Shown here one piece after another: positions 35,890 through 47,737 of a DNA stretch of 64,000 nucleotides (position 1 is the first letter of the stretch; every line of letters starts with the position of its first letter). The notes below the pieces were generated by a model. The model ran no database searches. It was not told the origin of the DNA and saw only the letters and a list, made by a program, of their open reading frames with translations. The stretch is from contig JAPLVC010000007.1 of assembly GCA_026397315.1 (NCBI GenBank), forward strand, positions 32,001 to 96,000, written 5' to 3'. Source of the DNA: Candidatus Aenigmatarchaeota archaeon. GTDB taxonomy: Archaea > Aenigmatarchaeota > Aenigmatarchaeia > QMZP01 > QMZT01. A program made the translations under genes and the position numbers.

Positions 35890-36426
35890 ATGATTGACAT
35901 TTACACGCTCGTCGAGGCCGTGTGGATTCTGTGGCCGGCGTACGGGGCGAACGGCCTGTGCATGCTCGCGCATGGGAAGCGGGTCATCGATGGCGGACGC
36001 ATGTGGCGCGGCAAACAGATTTTTGGCCCGGGCAAGACATGGGAAGGTCTGCTGTTCGGCGTGTTCGTTGGCGCGCTCGTCGGGACGATTCAGATGCTCG
36101 CTTACCCGTTCCTGCCATGGGAGCTTTCCCCGGTCGCGCTTTCGCTGGTCCCCATGACGCCGCTCACGGGCGCGCTCATAGGCCTGGGCGCGCTGCTCGG
36201 CGACATAGGCGGCTCGTTCATAAAGCGACGCCTGGGCATCGCGCGAGGCAAACCAGCGCCAATCCTGGACCAGCTCGATTTCATAGCGGGAATGCTGATT
36301 GTGCTGGCGTTCGTGTATCCGCTGAAATGGGAATGGGTCGTGATATTGGCGATAATGACGCCGGTCTTCCACCTGCTGGCGAACAGGATAGCCTACATAC
36401 TGAAGCTCAAGAACGTGCCTTATTAG
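35890..36426 (+). CDS. carS: CDP-archaeol synthase
   Basis: PAYGAN, FGPGKTWEG, GDIGGSFIKRRLG, LDQLDF, LKNVPY. Confidence 0.93.
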   Translation: MIDIYTLVEAVWILWPAYGANGLCMLAHGKRVIDGGRMWRGKQIFGPGKTWEGLLFGVFVGALVGTIQMLAYPFLPWELSPVALSLVPMTPLTGALIGLGALLGDIGGSFIKRRLGIARGKPAPILDQLDFIAGMLIVLAFVYPLKWEWVVILAIMTPVFHLLANRIAYILKLKNVPY

Positions 36427-36447
36427 AAAGATAAAAAATTACTCAAT

Positions 36448-36612
36448 TTACTTCTTTTTTGCGAGCCTGATTAATTTTTTGACCTTGGAAGCCTTGCTCT
36501 TGTTGCTGGGGCCCCTGCCTTTGTTCTTCACGTGCTTTAATTTTTTATGCGTCTTGTGCACCTTTTTCTTCAGCGGTTTCCTGGAAACTTTTTTTCTTTT
36601 GACCATCTGCAT
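36448..36612 (-). CDS. Very basic small protein (54 aa, 25 K/R, no acidic residues)
   Basis: MQMVKRKKVSRKPLKKKVHK...RLAKKK directly downstream of the structured RNA. Confidence 0.6.
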   Translation of the reverse strand: MQMVKRKKVSRKPLKKKVHKTHKKLKHVKNKGRGPSNKSKASKVKKLIRLAKKK

Positions 36613-36628
36613 CCCTGATAAACAAATA

Positions 36629-36851
36629 GCTGACAACTGGACTCGGTGAAAGAGTTCCTCAAACAACCATCGATTGCATTCTTAACCTACCGACGTGCTT
36701 TAGAGGTGATCTCATTCGCGCCATACAGAAGCTTAACAAGCGCAGGTTTCGTGCGGTGAGTTATAGTCCAGACACCACATTAATGGCTGAGCGCCTGACA
36801 GAGGCCTATATGGACACATCCTTTTCAGGACAACCGAAATGTCCTGTCAGC
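36629..36851 (-). ncRNA. Candidate structured RNA / long structured 5' leader of unknown family
   Basis: Closing helix GCTGACA/TGTCAGC; GGACA/TGTCC with TCCT-GAAA-AGGA; CTGGACT/AGTCCAG; CCTC/GAGG; G-U pairs favour minus strand; AT-rich TATA-like element upstream. Confidence 0.55.
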
Positions 36852-37100
36852 AGAGATAATTATATGATGTGATATATATATTTATCTGACTACTTATTGG
36901 TCAATAAAACACAACGCATTTAAAGTAAAAAACGATATGCATCGACCAATAAATTCCGGCTAATAGCGATTTTTTATTTTTCCAAAATATATAATCCAAA
37001 AGTTAAATTCGTTATAAACACATAATAGCGCTTCCTGTTTAAATATTTATGCGTTATTCAATTTGTTTTTTAACCACGATTGTAAAATATTATTGTCTTT

Positions 37101-37697
37101 ATGCAGGGGAAGTTCATCGTCTTTGAGGGAATCGATAAGTCGGGCAAGCACACGCAATCGCGCATGCTCTTCGAATACCTGCGCAGACGCGGAGAGCGGG
37201 TGATGTATACTGAAGAGCCGACTGCGGACAACCCCGCCGGGCGCGCTATAAAGGATTGGTTGGCAGGAAAGTTCGAGCTGAAGAGCGGCGAGGCGATAAC
37301 GCTTTTGTATACTGCTGACAGATACGAACATCTTAAACAAACGATACTGCCGTCGCTGGAAAAAGGCATGACGGTGATTTCGGACCGATACTTCTATTCG
37401 ACAATCGCCTACGAGTCGGCGATATTCAACGTCGACCCGAAATGGATACGCGAGCTGCACGAGAAGGCACGCAGGCCGGACGTCGTGATATTCATCGACA
37501 TCGCGCCGGAGATATCGCTCAAGCGGCGACGCGCCCGCCCGGACGACAGGCTGGAGAAGGTCGAACTTCTTACTAAGGTCAGGGAAGCATACAAGAAGAT
37601 GATGGATGAAGAGCGTTTCTTCACCGTCGACGGGAACCGGACGAAAGAGGACGTCTTTGCCGACGTGAAAAAAATCATCGACAGAATTTTGGCCTGA
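37101..37697 (+). CDS. tmk: Thymidylate kinase
   Basis: FIVFEGIDKSGK.TQ, EP, ADR, SDRY..S.AY. Confidence 0.93.
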   Translation: MQGKFIVFEGIDKSGKHTQSRMLFEYLRRRGERVMYTEEPTADNPAGRAIKDWLAGKFELKSGEAITLLYTADRYEHLKQTILPSLEKGMTVISDRYFYSTIAYESAIFNVDPKWIRELHEKARRPDVVIFIDIAPEISLKRRRARPDDRLEKVELLTKVREAYKKMMDEERFFTVDGNRTKEDVFADVKKIIDRILA

Positions 37698-37783
37698 AAC
37701 GTCTCCTGCCCAACAGGCCGGATTGAAAGTGACGTAAAAACCAATAAATACAAAGACTGGTAAAATTAGGTTATCTGAGGCGT

Positions 37784-38536
37784 ATGTTCTCAAAGGTTTT
37801 CATCGCATGGAAGAGGGATTACGGCGAGCAGATTGTTCTGAGGGTATGCTCCATACTGCGCGAAGCGGGCGTACCATACGCGTTTCACGAGCCGGAAGAC
37901 TGCGATTTCGCGATAACGGTCGGCGGCGACGGCACGGTTCTCATGTTCCAGTCATCGCTGGAATGTCCCATTCTCGGCATAAACCCGGGCAAGTCTGTAG
38001 GCTTTTACACGACAGCGAATGCCAGGGACTTCGAGGCTAAACTGAAAAGGCTGCTTAACGGGAAAGAGGGCAAGGACTATTTCATCAGGGAGTTCACCAG
38101 GATAGAGGCAATGCTGAACAGGAAGCTTCTGCCTTTCAGAGCGCTCAACGAAATCCTCGTTTCACCCATATTCGTCAGGAGAATGCTGAACTCCAGCCTG
38201 GAAACAGGTGGCAGGAAATCGTTCGAAAGAAACTCGGGCATACTGGTTTACACGCCGAGCGGCTCAAACGCCTTCGCCAAATCAACCGGTGCGAAGCCAC
38301 TGGGCACGAACGGCCATTTCGGCGTGGCTGCAATCGCTCCGTACGCCGGAAGACTGAAGAAAAACATCGTCCTGGACAAGGGTCATGTCATGATAACATG
38401 TCTCAACGACGAAGGCGAAGTCTGCTTCGACGGCCAGGAAGACCAGGTCTCCCGCATAAAAGAGAATGACGTCATCTTCGCGAGGAAGAGCGACAAGCCT
38501 GCCAAAATCGTCTGCTTCTCAAAAAAGAAAGCGTGA
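37784..38536 (+). CDS. NAD kinase family protein
   Basis: VGGDGT, GINPG.VGF, ALNE, TPSGSNAF..S.G. Confidence 0.88.
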   Translation: MFSKVFIAWKRDYGEQIVLRVCSILREAGVPYAFHEPEDCDFAITVGGDGTVLMFQSSLECPILGINPGKSVGFYTTANARDFEAKLKRLLNGKEGKDYFIREFTRIEAMLNRKLLPFRALNEILVSPIFVRRMLNSSLETGGRKSFERNSGILVYTPSGSNAFAKSTGAKPLGTNGHFGVAAIAPYAGRLKKNIVLDKGHVMITCLNDEGEVCFDGQEDQVSRIKENDVIFARKSDKPAKIVCFSKKKA

Positions 38537-38572
38537 AGCGCCGGAAAACAATGGCGCGTTCTGTAAATCAAA

Positions 38573-39862
38573 TCAGTATCTTCTGCCGCGACTTTCGCTT
38601 CTGCTGTGGCCTGACGGGCTGCGGTAGCCGCCATGGCTTCCGCCGCGATGGCCTTCGTGGCCTCCGCGACCGTATCCGCTGCTGCGTTGGCCGTAGCGCT
38701 GGCCCTGGTGACCTTCCCTGCGCTCGCGGCCTGCGTGCGGGTTGAACGGAATCCTTCTGAAGTCGGGTCGCTCGCCAGCAACTATGTTCATCTCCGGGTT
38801 TTCGCGCAATATGCGGCGGAAATTATCGTAGTCGCCGTCGGACAGTATCGTTATCGCGAGACCTGATTTGCCTGCGCGCGCGGTCCTGCCAACCCTGTGG
38901 ATGTAGTCATCGCGTTTCTCCGGAACGTCGTAGTTGAACACGTGCGTTATGCCCTTTATATCAAGGCCGCGGGAGGCGACATCAGTAGCGATGAGCACTT
39001 GCACTTGGCCTGCGTGCGTCTCGCCTATTATGCGCTCTCGCTTGTTCTGCTCGAGGCCGCCGTGTATCACTTTGGCGTCGATTCCCTGTATCTGCAGGTT
39101 CTTCGCCACAGCATCCGCTGTGTGTCGCCTTCCGCAGAATACGAGAGCGAGCTTCGGCTTCTCATGCTGCAAAAGGTGCACGAATAACGAGAACTTCTCG
39201 TTCTCCTGCACATCGTAATATATTTGGTGTAGCAGTTCCGGCTTCACGTGACGTTCGGTCTCTATGCTGACCGGTTTCTCCATGTAACGCTGGCTTATGC
39301 GGAAGACCGGACCGGGCATCGTGGCGCTGAAAAGCATCGTCTGTCGTTGTCGCGACGTGTGGCGGATTATGCGCTCGACGTCGTCGATGAAACCCATGTC
39401 CAGCATGCGATCCGCTTCGTCGAGGACGAGATATTTCACGTGCGACAGGTTTATAGTCCTGCGTTCGAGGTGGTCCAGTAACCTGCCAGGCGTTCCTACC
39501 ACAATGCTCGCTGTTTTAAGCGCCTGTATCTGCGACTCGATGGGCACGCCTCCGTAGACGCTCGCGACCTCGGCCATCCTGTAGTCCGTCAGCTTGACGA
39601 ACTCCTTCATTATCTGGTTTGCCAGCTCCCTCGTCGGCGTTACTACCAGCGCCTGGACACCCTTGCCATGCTCCACCTTTTCTATGATGGGTATCGCAAA
39701 AGCAAGCGTTTTCCCGGAGCCGGTTTCCGACTGGGCTATGACATCCTTCCCCTCTTTTATGAGGGGTATGCACTCCTTCTGTATAAGCGTCGGCTTCTCG
39801 AAGCCCGCCTTCTTGAGAATATCAAGTATTCTCGGTTCTATTCCTAATTTTTCAAATGACAT
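38573..39862 (-). CDS. DEAD-box RNA helicase with Gly/Arg-rich tail
   Basis: ETGSGKT, PTRELA, DEAD, SAT, HRVGRTAR. Confidence 0.95.
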   Translation of the reverse strand: MSFEKLGIEPRILDILKKAGFEKPTLIQKECIPLIKEGKDVIAQSETGSGKTLAFAIPIIEKVEHGKGVQALVVTPTRELANQIMKEFVKLTDYRMAEVASVYGGVPIESQIQALKTASIVVGTPGRLLDHLERRTINLSHVKYLVLDEADRMLDMGFIDDVERIIRHTSRQRQTMLFSATMPGPVFRISQRYMEKPVSIETERHVKPELLHQIYYDVQENEKFSLFVHLLQHEKPKLALVFCGRRHTADAVAKNLQIQGIDAKVIHGGLEQNKRERIIGETHAGQVQVLIATDVASRGLDIKGITHVFNYDVPEKRDDYIHRVGRTARAGKSGLAITILSDGDYDNFRRILRENPEMNIVAGERPDFRRIPFNPHAGRERREGHQGQRYGQRSSGYGRGGHEGHRGGSHGGYRSPSGHSRSESRGRRY

Positions 39863-40135
39863 CTATATCACTCCTTTTAAGCATGTAAACTTTTTGCAGT
39901 AAACGTTGTTTACTTGGGTTTACAGTTGTCAAAGACGAAAACAGAATTAGTATTCATCGCCAAGAGGCGGATGATCCCAACGCCGTTTTTCGCATTGTGC
40001 TTTGTTAATTAATATAGTGCATATTTATAAAGGTTAAAGCCTGCCTATCCCGCCTGGTCCGGCCATGGCGACGAACGCGACTACTGACGGGCTGGACTCA
40101 GTTTTTATATCAGAATAGACTATTTGTATATTATT

Positions 40136-40972
40136 ATGAACAAGGTTCTGAATTTTCTCATCCACAGCAACATATATCTTGGCCTGAGCGCGAGCGCGGT
40201 CGCGTATCTCTGCATGGTCCTGCTCGGCATGCCCATATACTGGCAGCCCATGGTCATCGCGTTCTGTGTCACGTTCTTCCTCTACAGCCTTAACAGATAT
40301 ACCGACATGGAGGAAGACAGGATAAACTACCCCGACAGGGTCAAGTTCATCAAGAGCAGCGGCAAACCAGTCTTTTACTTTTCAGCCGCCCTTTACGCGT
40401 TCTCGCTCTACCTGGCGTTCACCAACAGCATAGCCAGCTTCATGATAGCGCTCGCGCCGTTCATACTGGTCTTCTCCTACAGCGTCATCCGCCTGAAGAA
40501 GCTGCTGATATTCAAGAACCTTATAGTCGCCTTCGGCTGGGCCATGGTCGCTTTTCTCGCGCTTTCCTACACGCACCCTGTGAGCTATTTCGAGCCGCTG
40601 AGCATGTCGGTGTTCATGTTCTTCTTCATACGCGTGCTCATAGACACCGTCGCTTTCGACGCCCAGGACGTGGAGGGCGACAAGGTCAGTCGAGTAAGAA
40701 CGATAGCCAACACCTTCGGCATCACCAAGGTCAAGACCATATGCCACGCGCTCAACATCTTCATGATAGTGTTCTTCCTGCTCGCGTGGAATTTTGACAT
40801 CAGCAACATGCCCATCACGGCGAACCTGATAATCATCTGGTCGTTCCTTTACATGTTCATGATAAACCGCTTCGGCGTCAAAGGGGTAACGGACGTGATA
40901 TCGGAAGGCGAGCTCATTCTCCTGGGGATTGTCGTCTTCGCCATCCAGAACGCCCAAGCGCTTCTGCTGTAA
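40136..40972 (+). CDS. UbiA prenyltransferase family protein
   Basis: NRYTDMEEDRIN and FDAQDVEGD Asp-rich motifs; multi-TM. Confidence 0.88.
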   Translation: MNKVLNFLIHSNIYLGLSASAVAYLCMVLLGMPIYWQPMVIAFCVTFFLYSLNRYTDMEEDRINYPDRVKFIKSSGKPVFYFSAALYAFSLYLAFTNSIASFMIALAPFILVFSYSVIRLKKLLIFKNLIVAFGWAMVAFLALSYTHPVSYFEPLSMSVFMFFFIRVLIDTVAFDAQDVEGDKVSRVRTIANTFGITKVKTICHALNIFMIVFFLLAWNFDISNMPITANLIIIWSFLYMFMINRFGVKGVTDVISEGELILLGIVVFAIQNAQALLL

Positions 40973-40991
40973 AAACGGTTAAAAAAACTGT

Positions 40992-41903
40992 TCAACATAA
41001 CGTGCTCAGCGGACATGCCAGACATTTGTCCTTTGCCGTTTCCATTCTAGTCAAAAGCTCTTTCATACTCGTGCGCGGGTCGCCGATTTTTACAATGCCT
41101 TCACAACAGCTGAAAACGCCGTAAGGGTTCAGTGAGATGTAAGTCTTTATGTCGCCGGGGCCGAATGGCACCAGCTTCTTCTCGTCTCTGAACCTTTTGC
41201 CGTATTTTGCCGCGACTATCCTCTTCATTTCTTCGCTGGGCAGCATCAGCGAGTCGTCTATCGTCCTGCGCGATATGGTCTTTGAAAGCGTCATGGCGCC
41301 TTTCATCTCCCTGTTTGAATACGGGAAGGTCAGATTTAGCCTTATCCTGCGGTCCACGTCTCTTTTCAGCTCGTCCTCGAAGTCAGCCAGCCTGTTCGCA
41401 TTGCCTTTGGTCACTATCGTTCTGACCTTCACCCCTTCGCATCCGAGCTCGTATGCCCGCCTGCAGAACCCGACTGCTTTCTCATACGTACCTTTGCCCC
41501 TGTTCCATTCGTGGTGGTCTTTGGGGCCGTCTATGGAAACGTGGAACGTCACGTTGTTCAGCCTTTCGAACTCGTCCAGCCTGTCTATGGTCCCGTTGGT
41601 GACGATGAAGTGCTTCACTCCCCGGCCAACGACTCCCTTCATGAACCAAGCGCTCAGGCTGTTGATGACTTCCGGGAATTTGGCGTGCAGGAAGATCTCC
41701 CCGGTCCCGCACCAGAAAACGCCGAAACCGAGCCTTCTTTCCCTGCCGAATCTCCCGACAAAATCGACAAGCGCATCTTTCGATATTTCCTTCCGCCCCT
41801 TGCCGTTAATGACGTTGGAATAGCACATCCTGCATTTCAGATTGCAGGCGGATATGGGCTCTACGTAGAGGCCGCGTCTCTCAATGACGACCCTTTTCTC
41901 CAT
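40992..41903 (-). CDS. Radical SAM protein
   Basis: CNLKCRMC, TNG, VSIDG, C-terminal CC and CxxC. Confidence 0.88.
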   Translation of the reverse strand: MEKRVVIERRGLYVEPISACNLKCRMCYSNVINGKGRKEISKDALVDFVGRFGRERRLGFGVFWCGTGEIFLHAKFPEVINSLSAWFMKGVVGRGVKHFIVTNGTIDRLDEFERLNNVTFHVSIDGPKDHHEWNRGKGTYEKAVGFCRRAYELGCEGVKVRTIVTKGNANRLADFEDELKRDVDRRIRLNLTFPYSNREMKGAMTLSKTISRRTIDDSLMLPSEEMKRIVAAKYGKRFRDEKKLVPFGPGDIKTYISLNPYGVFSCCEGIVKIGDPRTSMKELLTRMETAKDKCLACPLSTLC

Positions 41904-41987
41904 GACATTAGTTGCCGTTCTGATTTTATAAAAATCCCCTTCCAGAAAGATATATATAGGCCCGGGCAATTATATAACAGGATTTCT

Positions 41988-42314
41988 ATGAACAAGGAAA
42001 CAATCGGTAGATATGCATTTATCATTGGATTAGTGATATCAGTGATAGCCGGTTTCGTAAGCCTTGGGACAACGGGCCTTGCAGCTCTTGTCGTTCTGGG
42101 ACTCATAGTCGGGTTCCTTAACGTGACGGGCGAAGAGGTTCAGAAGTTCCTTTTAGGCACGGTTGCGCTTATGCTTGTGGGCCAGGGTCTTCATTCCGTG
42201 ATGGCCACGGTTCCGCTGGTGCCGGATATACTTGCGGCATTCGTCTCATTCGTGGCAGGCGCAGCACTGATAGTGGCACTCAAGGAAGTCTACACGATAA
42301 CCAAATCCAAGTAA
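41988..42314 (+). CDS. Conserved archaeal small membrane protein
   Basis: IGRYAFIIG, LGLIVGFLNV..EE..KFL; TATA upstream. Confidence 0.75.
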   Translation: MNKETIGRYAFIIGLVISVIAGFVSLGTTGLAALVVLGLIVGFLNVTGEEVQKFLLGTVALMLVGQGLHSVMATVPLVPDILAAFVSFVAGAALIVALKEVYTITKSK

Positions 42315-42403
42315 ATGCACAAGGGGAAAAACAAAACAATCAAACCCTTTCTTTTTTCTTTTATTTTATACCATCCAGGCGTCAGTTTGCCGTTTCTGTC
42401 CGT

Positions 42404-43834
42404 TTATCCGAAAAGGAAGAACTCGATTGCTAGCGTAACGCATGCAACGAGCAGGACTAGCGGCGTGACTATGAGGCCCAGTTTCGCGAAGCTGCGGTAG
42501 TTGATGTGCTGGTCCTTGTCCCTCAGTATCTTAATCCACATTATGCCTGCCAGGGCGCCGATGAGCGTGATGTTCGCGCCCAGATTGCTGCCGATTATGA
42601 GAGAGAATATCGAGGCGAGCTTCGTGCTGGCAGGCAGGGCGAACTGCGAACTCTCGGTTATCTTGGTGAAAAGCACGGTCATGGGCTGGTTGTTGACAAG
42701 GTTCGCGGTGAACGCTGAAAGGAAGCCCATGGAGATGGTCGCGGCGAATACGTTGAAAGAAAGCGCGGTTATGAGCGTTGCGGCCGCGTCGGTCACGCCG
42801 GCGACCACGAGCGCCTCGACCATGATAAATGAGCAGAAGAGGAATGGGATGATTTTCCACGGTATGTGGTCCGCTATGAAGTGCAGGCGGAACTCGTATA
42901 TCTTCGTCGCCTGGCGGTGGACGTAATGCTTGAACACGCGGAAATACGTCAGGTGCTCCTTGGAATATTCATCGAAAGCTATGGCCGCGTCATAAGTGAA
43001 CAGAGCGAGCGCGAAGAACAAAGCGACGACCCACATCTCCAGCCCGAGTAACGGCGACACGAAAAGCGTTGCTAGCGTAAGACAGAACGTGCCGAAAGTG
43101 ACGTAGGCGCATCTCCTGTCCTTCAGGAAATGTTTCGGGTCTATGTCCTTCGGGATGACGAACCTTATGCTGACGCTTTTGCTGAAGACCAGGTACAGGA
43201 GAGCCAGGCACGTAAGGCCGGCAGCTATGGTTGGAAACAGCATCCATGCAGAGTATTCGATGATGCCGATGCCGCTCGCCGAGGCGGCTATGATGTTCGT
43301 GGGATTGCCCACGTAAAGGCACATGCTCCATATGTTCGCGGCGAAGAACTCCGCCACGAGGTAAGGAAGCACCCGTATCTTCGCATGCTTTCCGAAGTAG
43401 AAGATTATCGGCGTGAGCGTGAGGATGACTATGTCATTTGATGTGAAAAGCGTGATGAAGCCGCTGAGGAAGTAAAAGTAAAAGAACAGCTTACGTCCGT
43501 CGCCTCCCGAGCGCAGCACTATCCTGAGCGCCAGGTATTCGAAGAAACCGGTGCTGTCGAGCGATATCGCTATGTAGGCGACTGCCATGAAGAGGACGAT
43601 TATCGTGAACGGGCTGAAGCCCGGGCGGCCGACCAGCGACGAGAAAGCCTGGCCCGGCGTCAATACGCCTGCGATCAGTATTATGAGCACGCCGAGCACG
43701 CTGCCAAAAACGTAATCCAGCGTTATTTCTCTTCCGCCGAGAAACGGCAGGCCGGGAGGCAGACGGAATGATACTGGCCTGGCTATGAAGAAAATCGCGA
43801 TGGCAAAAGCCAGCAGCACGAAAAGTAGGCTCAT
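42404..43834 (-). CDS. ArsB/NhaD (ion transporter superfamily) permease
   Basis: TSNDIVILTLTP, VGNPTN, NNQPM, GSNLGANITLIGALAG. Confidence 0.88.
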   Translation of the reverse strand: MSLLFVLLAFAIAIFFIARPVSFRLPPGLPFLGGREITLDYVFGSVLGVLIILIAGVLTPGQAFSSLVGRPGFSPFTIIVLFMAVAYIAISLDSTGFFEYLALRIVLRSGGDGRKLFFYFYFLSGFITLFTSNDIVILTLTPIIFYFGKHAKIRVLPYLVAEFFAANIWSMCLYVGNPTNIIAASASGIGIIEYSAWMLFPTIAAGLTCLALLYLVFSKSVSIRFVIPKDIDPKHFLKDRRCAYVTFGTFCLTLATLFVSPLLGLEMWVVALFFALALFTYDAAIAFDEYSKEHLTYFRVFKHYVHRQATKIYEFRLHFIADHIPWKIIPFLFCSFIMVEALVVAGVTDAAATLITALSFNVFAATISMGFLSAFTANLVNNQPMTVLFTKITESSQFALPASTKLASIFSLIIGSNLGANITLIGALAGIMWIKILRDKDQHINYRSFAKLGLIVTPLVLLVACVTLAIEFFLFG

Positions 43835-43971
43835 GTATTAATTTTGCCGCCGGCCGATAAAAAGCCCGCCGCATATGACGCATCGAAAACTTTAAATTGC
43901 CCGGCCCGATAATTCTCTCAAGCAAATTAGACTTGAGACGATAGAATAAGTTTTATGCTTGGGGTAAACGC

Positions 43972-45420
43972 ATGGACAGGCTGAAAAAGAAAGTGGCGCT
44001 CACATTCGACGACGTCCTTTTAGTGCCCAGAAGGTCGGCTGTGCTACCTAAAGACGTGGACACTCGTACGAGACTCACGAAGCGCATAGGCCTGAACATA
44101 CCCATCATGAGCGCCGCGATGGACACGGTGACGGAATCCCAGATGGCCATCATGCTTGCCAAAGAGGGCGGCATGGGCATCATACATAAGAACATGTCTG
44201 TTGAGGAGCAGGCGTCCGAGGTCGAGCATGTCAAGAAGTTCGAGTCCGGCGTCATACGCAACCCCATCACGCTCAGACCCGAAGACACGATGGGCAAGGT
44301 CAGAGAGATGATAAACAAGACCGGCATCGGCAGCTTCGTCGTAGTGGAGAAGAACAAAGTGGTCGGCATCCTCACCAGCAGGGACATGTGGTTCAGGAAC
44401 GACCCGAACGAGAAGGTGCGCGACGTAATGACGAAGAAGCCGATAACCATACAAAAGCCGGATACGGATTACGCCATCATGATAATGAACCAGCACAAGA
44501 TAGAGAAGCTTCCCATCGTTGATGCTGCCGGGCGGCTGAAAGGCCTGATAACCATAGCCGACCTCAAGAAACGCGAGGAGTTTCCGCACTCTGCGAAAGA
44601 TCGCGAGGGACGATTGATTGTGGGCGGCGCGATAGGACCTTTCGACATGAAGCGCGCGGAAGCGCTGGTGAACGCAGGCGTAGACTTGATAGCCGTCGAT
44701 ACGGCGCACGGCCACACGGAGAACGTCATAAAGACTGTCAGACAGCTGAAAAAGGCATATGATATTGACATTATAGCGGGCAACGTCGCCACAAGGGAAG
44801 GGACGCTTGACCTGATATCAGCCGGAGCCGACGCCATCAAGGTCGGCATGGGACCCGGTTCGATATGCACGACCAGGATAATCGCGGGCATAGGCGTTCC
44901 GCAGATAACCGCGGTGCAGGAATGCGCCAAGGCTGCGGAAAGACACAAGATTGCAGTCATAGCGGACGGCGGCATAAAGAACTCGGGCGATATTGCGAAA
45001 GCGATTGCAGCAGGCGCGCGCGTCATCATGATAGGCTCGCTTTTCGCCGGCACCGAGGAAGCGCCTGGCGAAGTCGTCTACCGCGGCGGCAGGAAATACA
45101 AGAAATACAGGGGCATGGGCTCCATCAATGCGATGAAGCTCGGCTCGAAAGACCGTTACGCGCAAGCCGACGCTAGCAAATTCGTGCCAGAAGGCGTGGA
45201 AGGCATGGTGCCTTACAGGGGGACTGTTTCTGAAATCGTCTTCCAGATGGTCGGTGGCCTGCGCTCTTCGATGGGCTACTGCGGATGCGCGAACATAGAC
45301 GAGATGCGCAGGAAAGCGAGGTTCATAAGGATAACCAAAGAGGGCATCAAGGAGTCGCACCCGCACGACGTCATAATCACGGACGAGGCGCCGAACTACT
45401 GGAGCGGCCCCGAGGTCTGA
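43972..45420 (+). CDS. guaB: IMP dehydrogenase
   Basis: LTFDDVLL, CBS pair, GPGSICTTR, YRGMGS. Confidence 0.97.
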   Translation: MDRLKKKVALTFDDVLLVPRRSAVLPKDVDTRTRLTKRIGLNIPIMSAAMDTVTESQMAIMLAKEGGMGIIHKNMSVEEQASEVEHVKKFESGVIRNPITLRPEDTMGKVREMINKTGIGSFVVVEKNKVVGILTSRDMWFRNDPNEKVRDVMTKKPITIQKPDTDYAIMIMNQHKIEKLPIVDAAGRLKGLITIADLKKREEFPHSAKDREGRLIVGGAIGPFDMKRAEALVNAGVDLIAVDTAHGHTENVIKTVRQLKKAYDIDIIAGNVATREGTLDLISAGADAIKVGMGPGSICTTRIIAGIGVPQITAVQECAKAAERHKIAVIADGGIKNSGDIAKAIAAGARVIMIGSLFAGTEEAPGEVVYRGGRKYKKYRGMGSINAMKLGSKDRYAQADASKFVPEGVEGMVPYRGTVSEIVFQMVGGLRSSMGYCGCANIDEMRRKARFIRITKEGIKESHPHDVIITDEAPNYWSGPEV

Positions 45421-45452
45421 TTGCTTTTATTGCCGGAAGGAAATGTATTAAT

Positions 45453-46265
45453 ATGACATCACCAAAGGAAACCTTTCTCGACGAGAAGATTCTGAAAATG
45501 CTCGCAGGCAGCGGCAGGCCAATGAAGGCCGCGCAGCTCATGCTCAAAGACGGCGAAATAGACTGCATGCAGGACTACGCGAACACCGTCTCGATAAAGC
45601 GGCTTGGATACAACGACCACGGCCCGGTCCACATGAGAAAGGTCGTCATAAACGCGCTGGCCATGCTGGACCTGCTCAACAAGGCGGGCATAAAGCTGAA
45701 CAGCGAGAAGGAAGGCTCTGGCTCGTTCGAAGACAGCAAAATCGCAGTTATGCTGGCATCGTTCCTGCACGACATAGGCATGTGCGTCGGGCGAGAAAAG
45801 CATGAAAACGTTTCCGCCATGTTCGCCCTTCCTGTCATTGACAAGCTTCTTTCGCAGGTATACAAGGATGACGTCGAGAAGCGCATCGCCGTCCGTTCGA
45901 TGGTCATCGAGGGGATTCTCGGCCACATGGGCGGCCAGAGAATAGAGTCGCTCGAGGCTGGGGTGATTCTTATAGCGGATGGCTGCGACATGGAAAAGGG
46001 CCGCGCGCGCATCCCCATGAAAATCGGAGAGTCGAAAGAGGGCAAGATGGGCGACATCCACAAGTATTCTTCGTCATCGATAGAGAAAGTCACGATAGAC
46101 AGGGGCGATAAACGCGCGATAAGGATAACGATCGAGATGGACTCGCCCGTTGGTTTCTTCCAAGTGGAAGAAGTTTTGCTGAAAAAGATAAACTCAAGTC
46201 CCGTGAAGCCGTACATCGAACTTTTTGCCGGCGTCACGGGCCAGAAGATGAAGTGCTATCTCTAG
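45453..46265 (+). CDS. HD-domain phosphohydrolase
   Basis: YNDHGPVH, LHDIG, ADGCDM.KGRAR. Confidence 0.88.
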   Translation: MTSPKETFLDEKILKMLAGSGRPMKAAQLMLKDGEIDCMQDYANTVSIKRLGYNDHGPVHMRKVVINALAMLDLLNKAGIKLNSEKEGSGSFEDSKIAVMLASFLHDIGMCVGREKHENVSAMFALPVIDKLLSQVYKDDVEKRIAVRSMVIEGILGHMGGQRIESLEAGVILIADGCDMEKGRARIPMKIGESKEGKMGDIHKYSSSSIEKVTIDRGDKRAIRITIEMDSPVGFFQVEEVLLKKINSSPVKPYIELFAGVTGQKMKCYL

Positions 46266-46319
46266 CGATTGGCAGTTTAAACGGCTCTTTCAAGGTTATT
46301 AAACCTGTTTACAAACTAA

Positions 46320-47624
<1,305 letters not shown>

Positions 47625-47737
47625 AAAGTAGTTTTTGTTCTTTTCATTTCATTAAATCACGATACTATCGCAATATTATCCGGTGTATCCCGAATAAAAT
47701 CTGAGTGTATTAAATAGGATGCTGACAATATTTAATC

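Noticed and set aside
36629-36851. RNase P or SRP RNA
   Set aside because: Fragments such as GAGGAAC and ACAGAAGCTTA lie on opposite strands and lack P4 order and spacing; no SRP helix-8 motif.
36890-37100. Replication origin in AT-rich intergenic DNA
   Set aside because: No ORB-like repeats and no adjacent orc1/cdc6; explained by divergent promoters.
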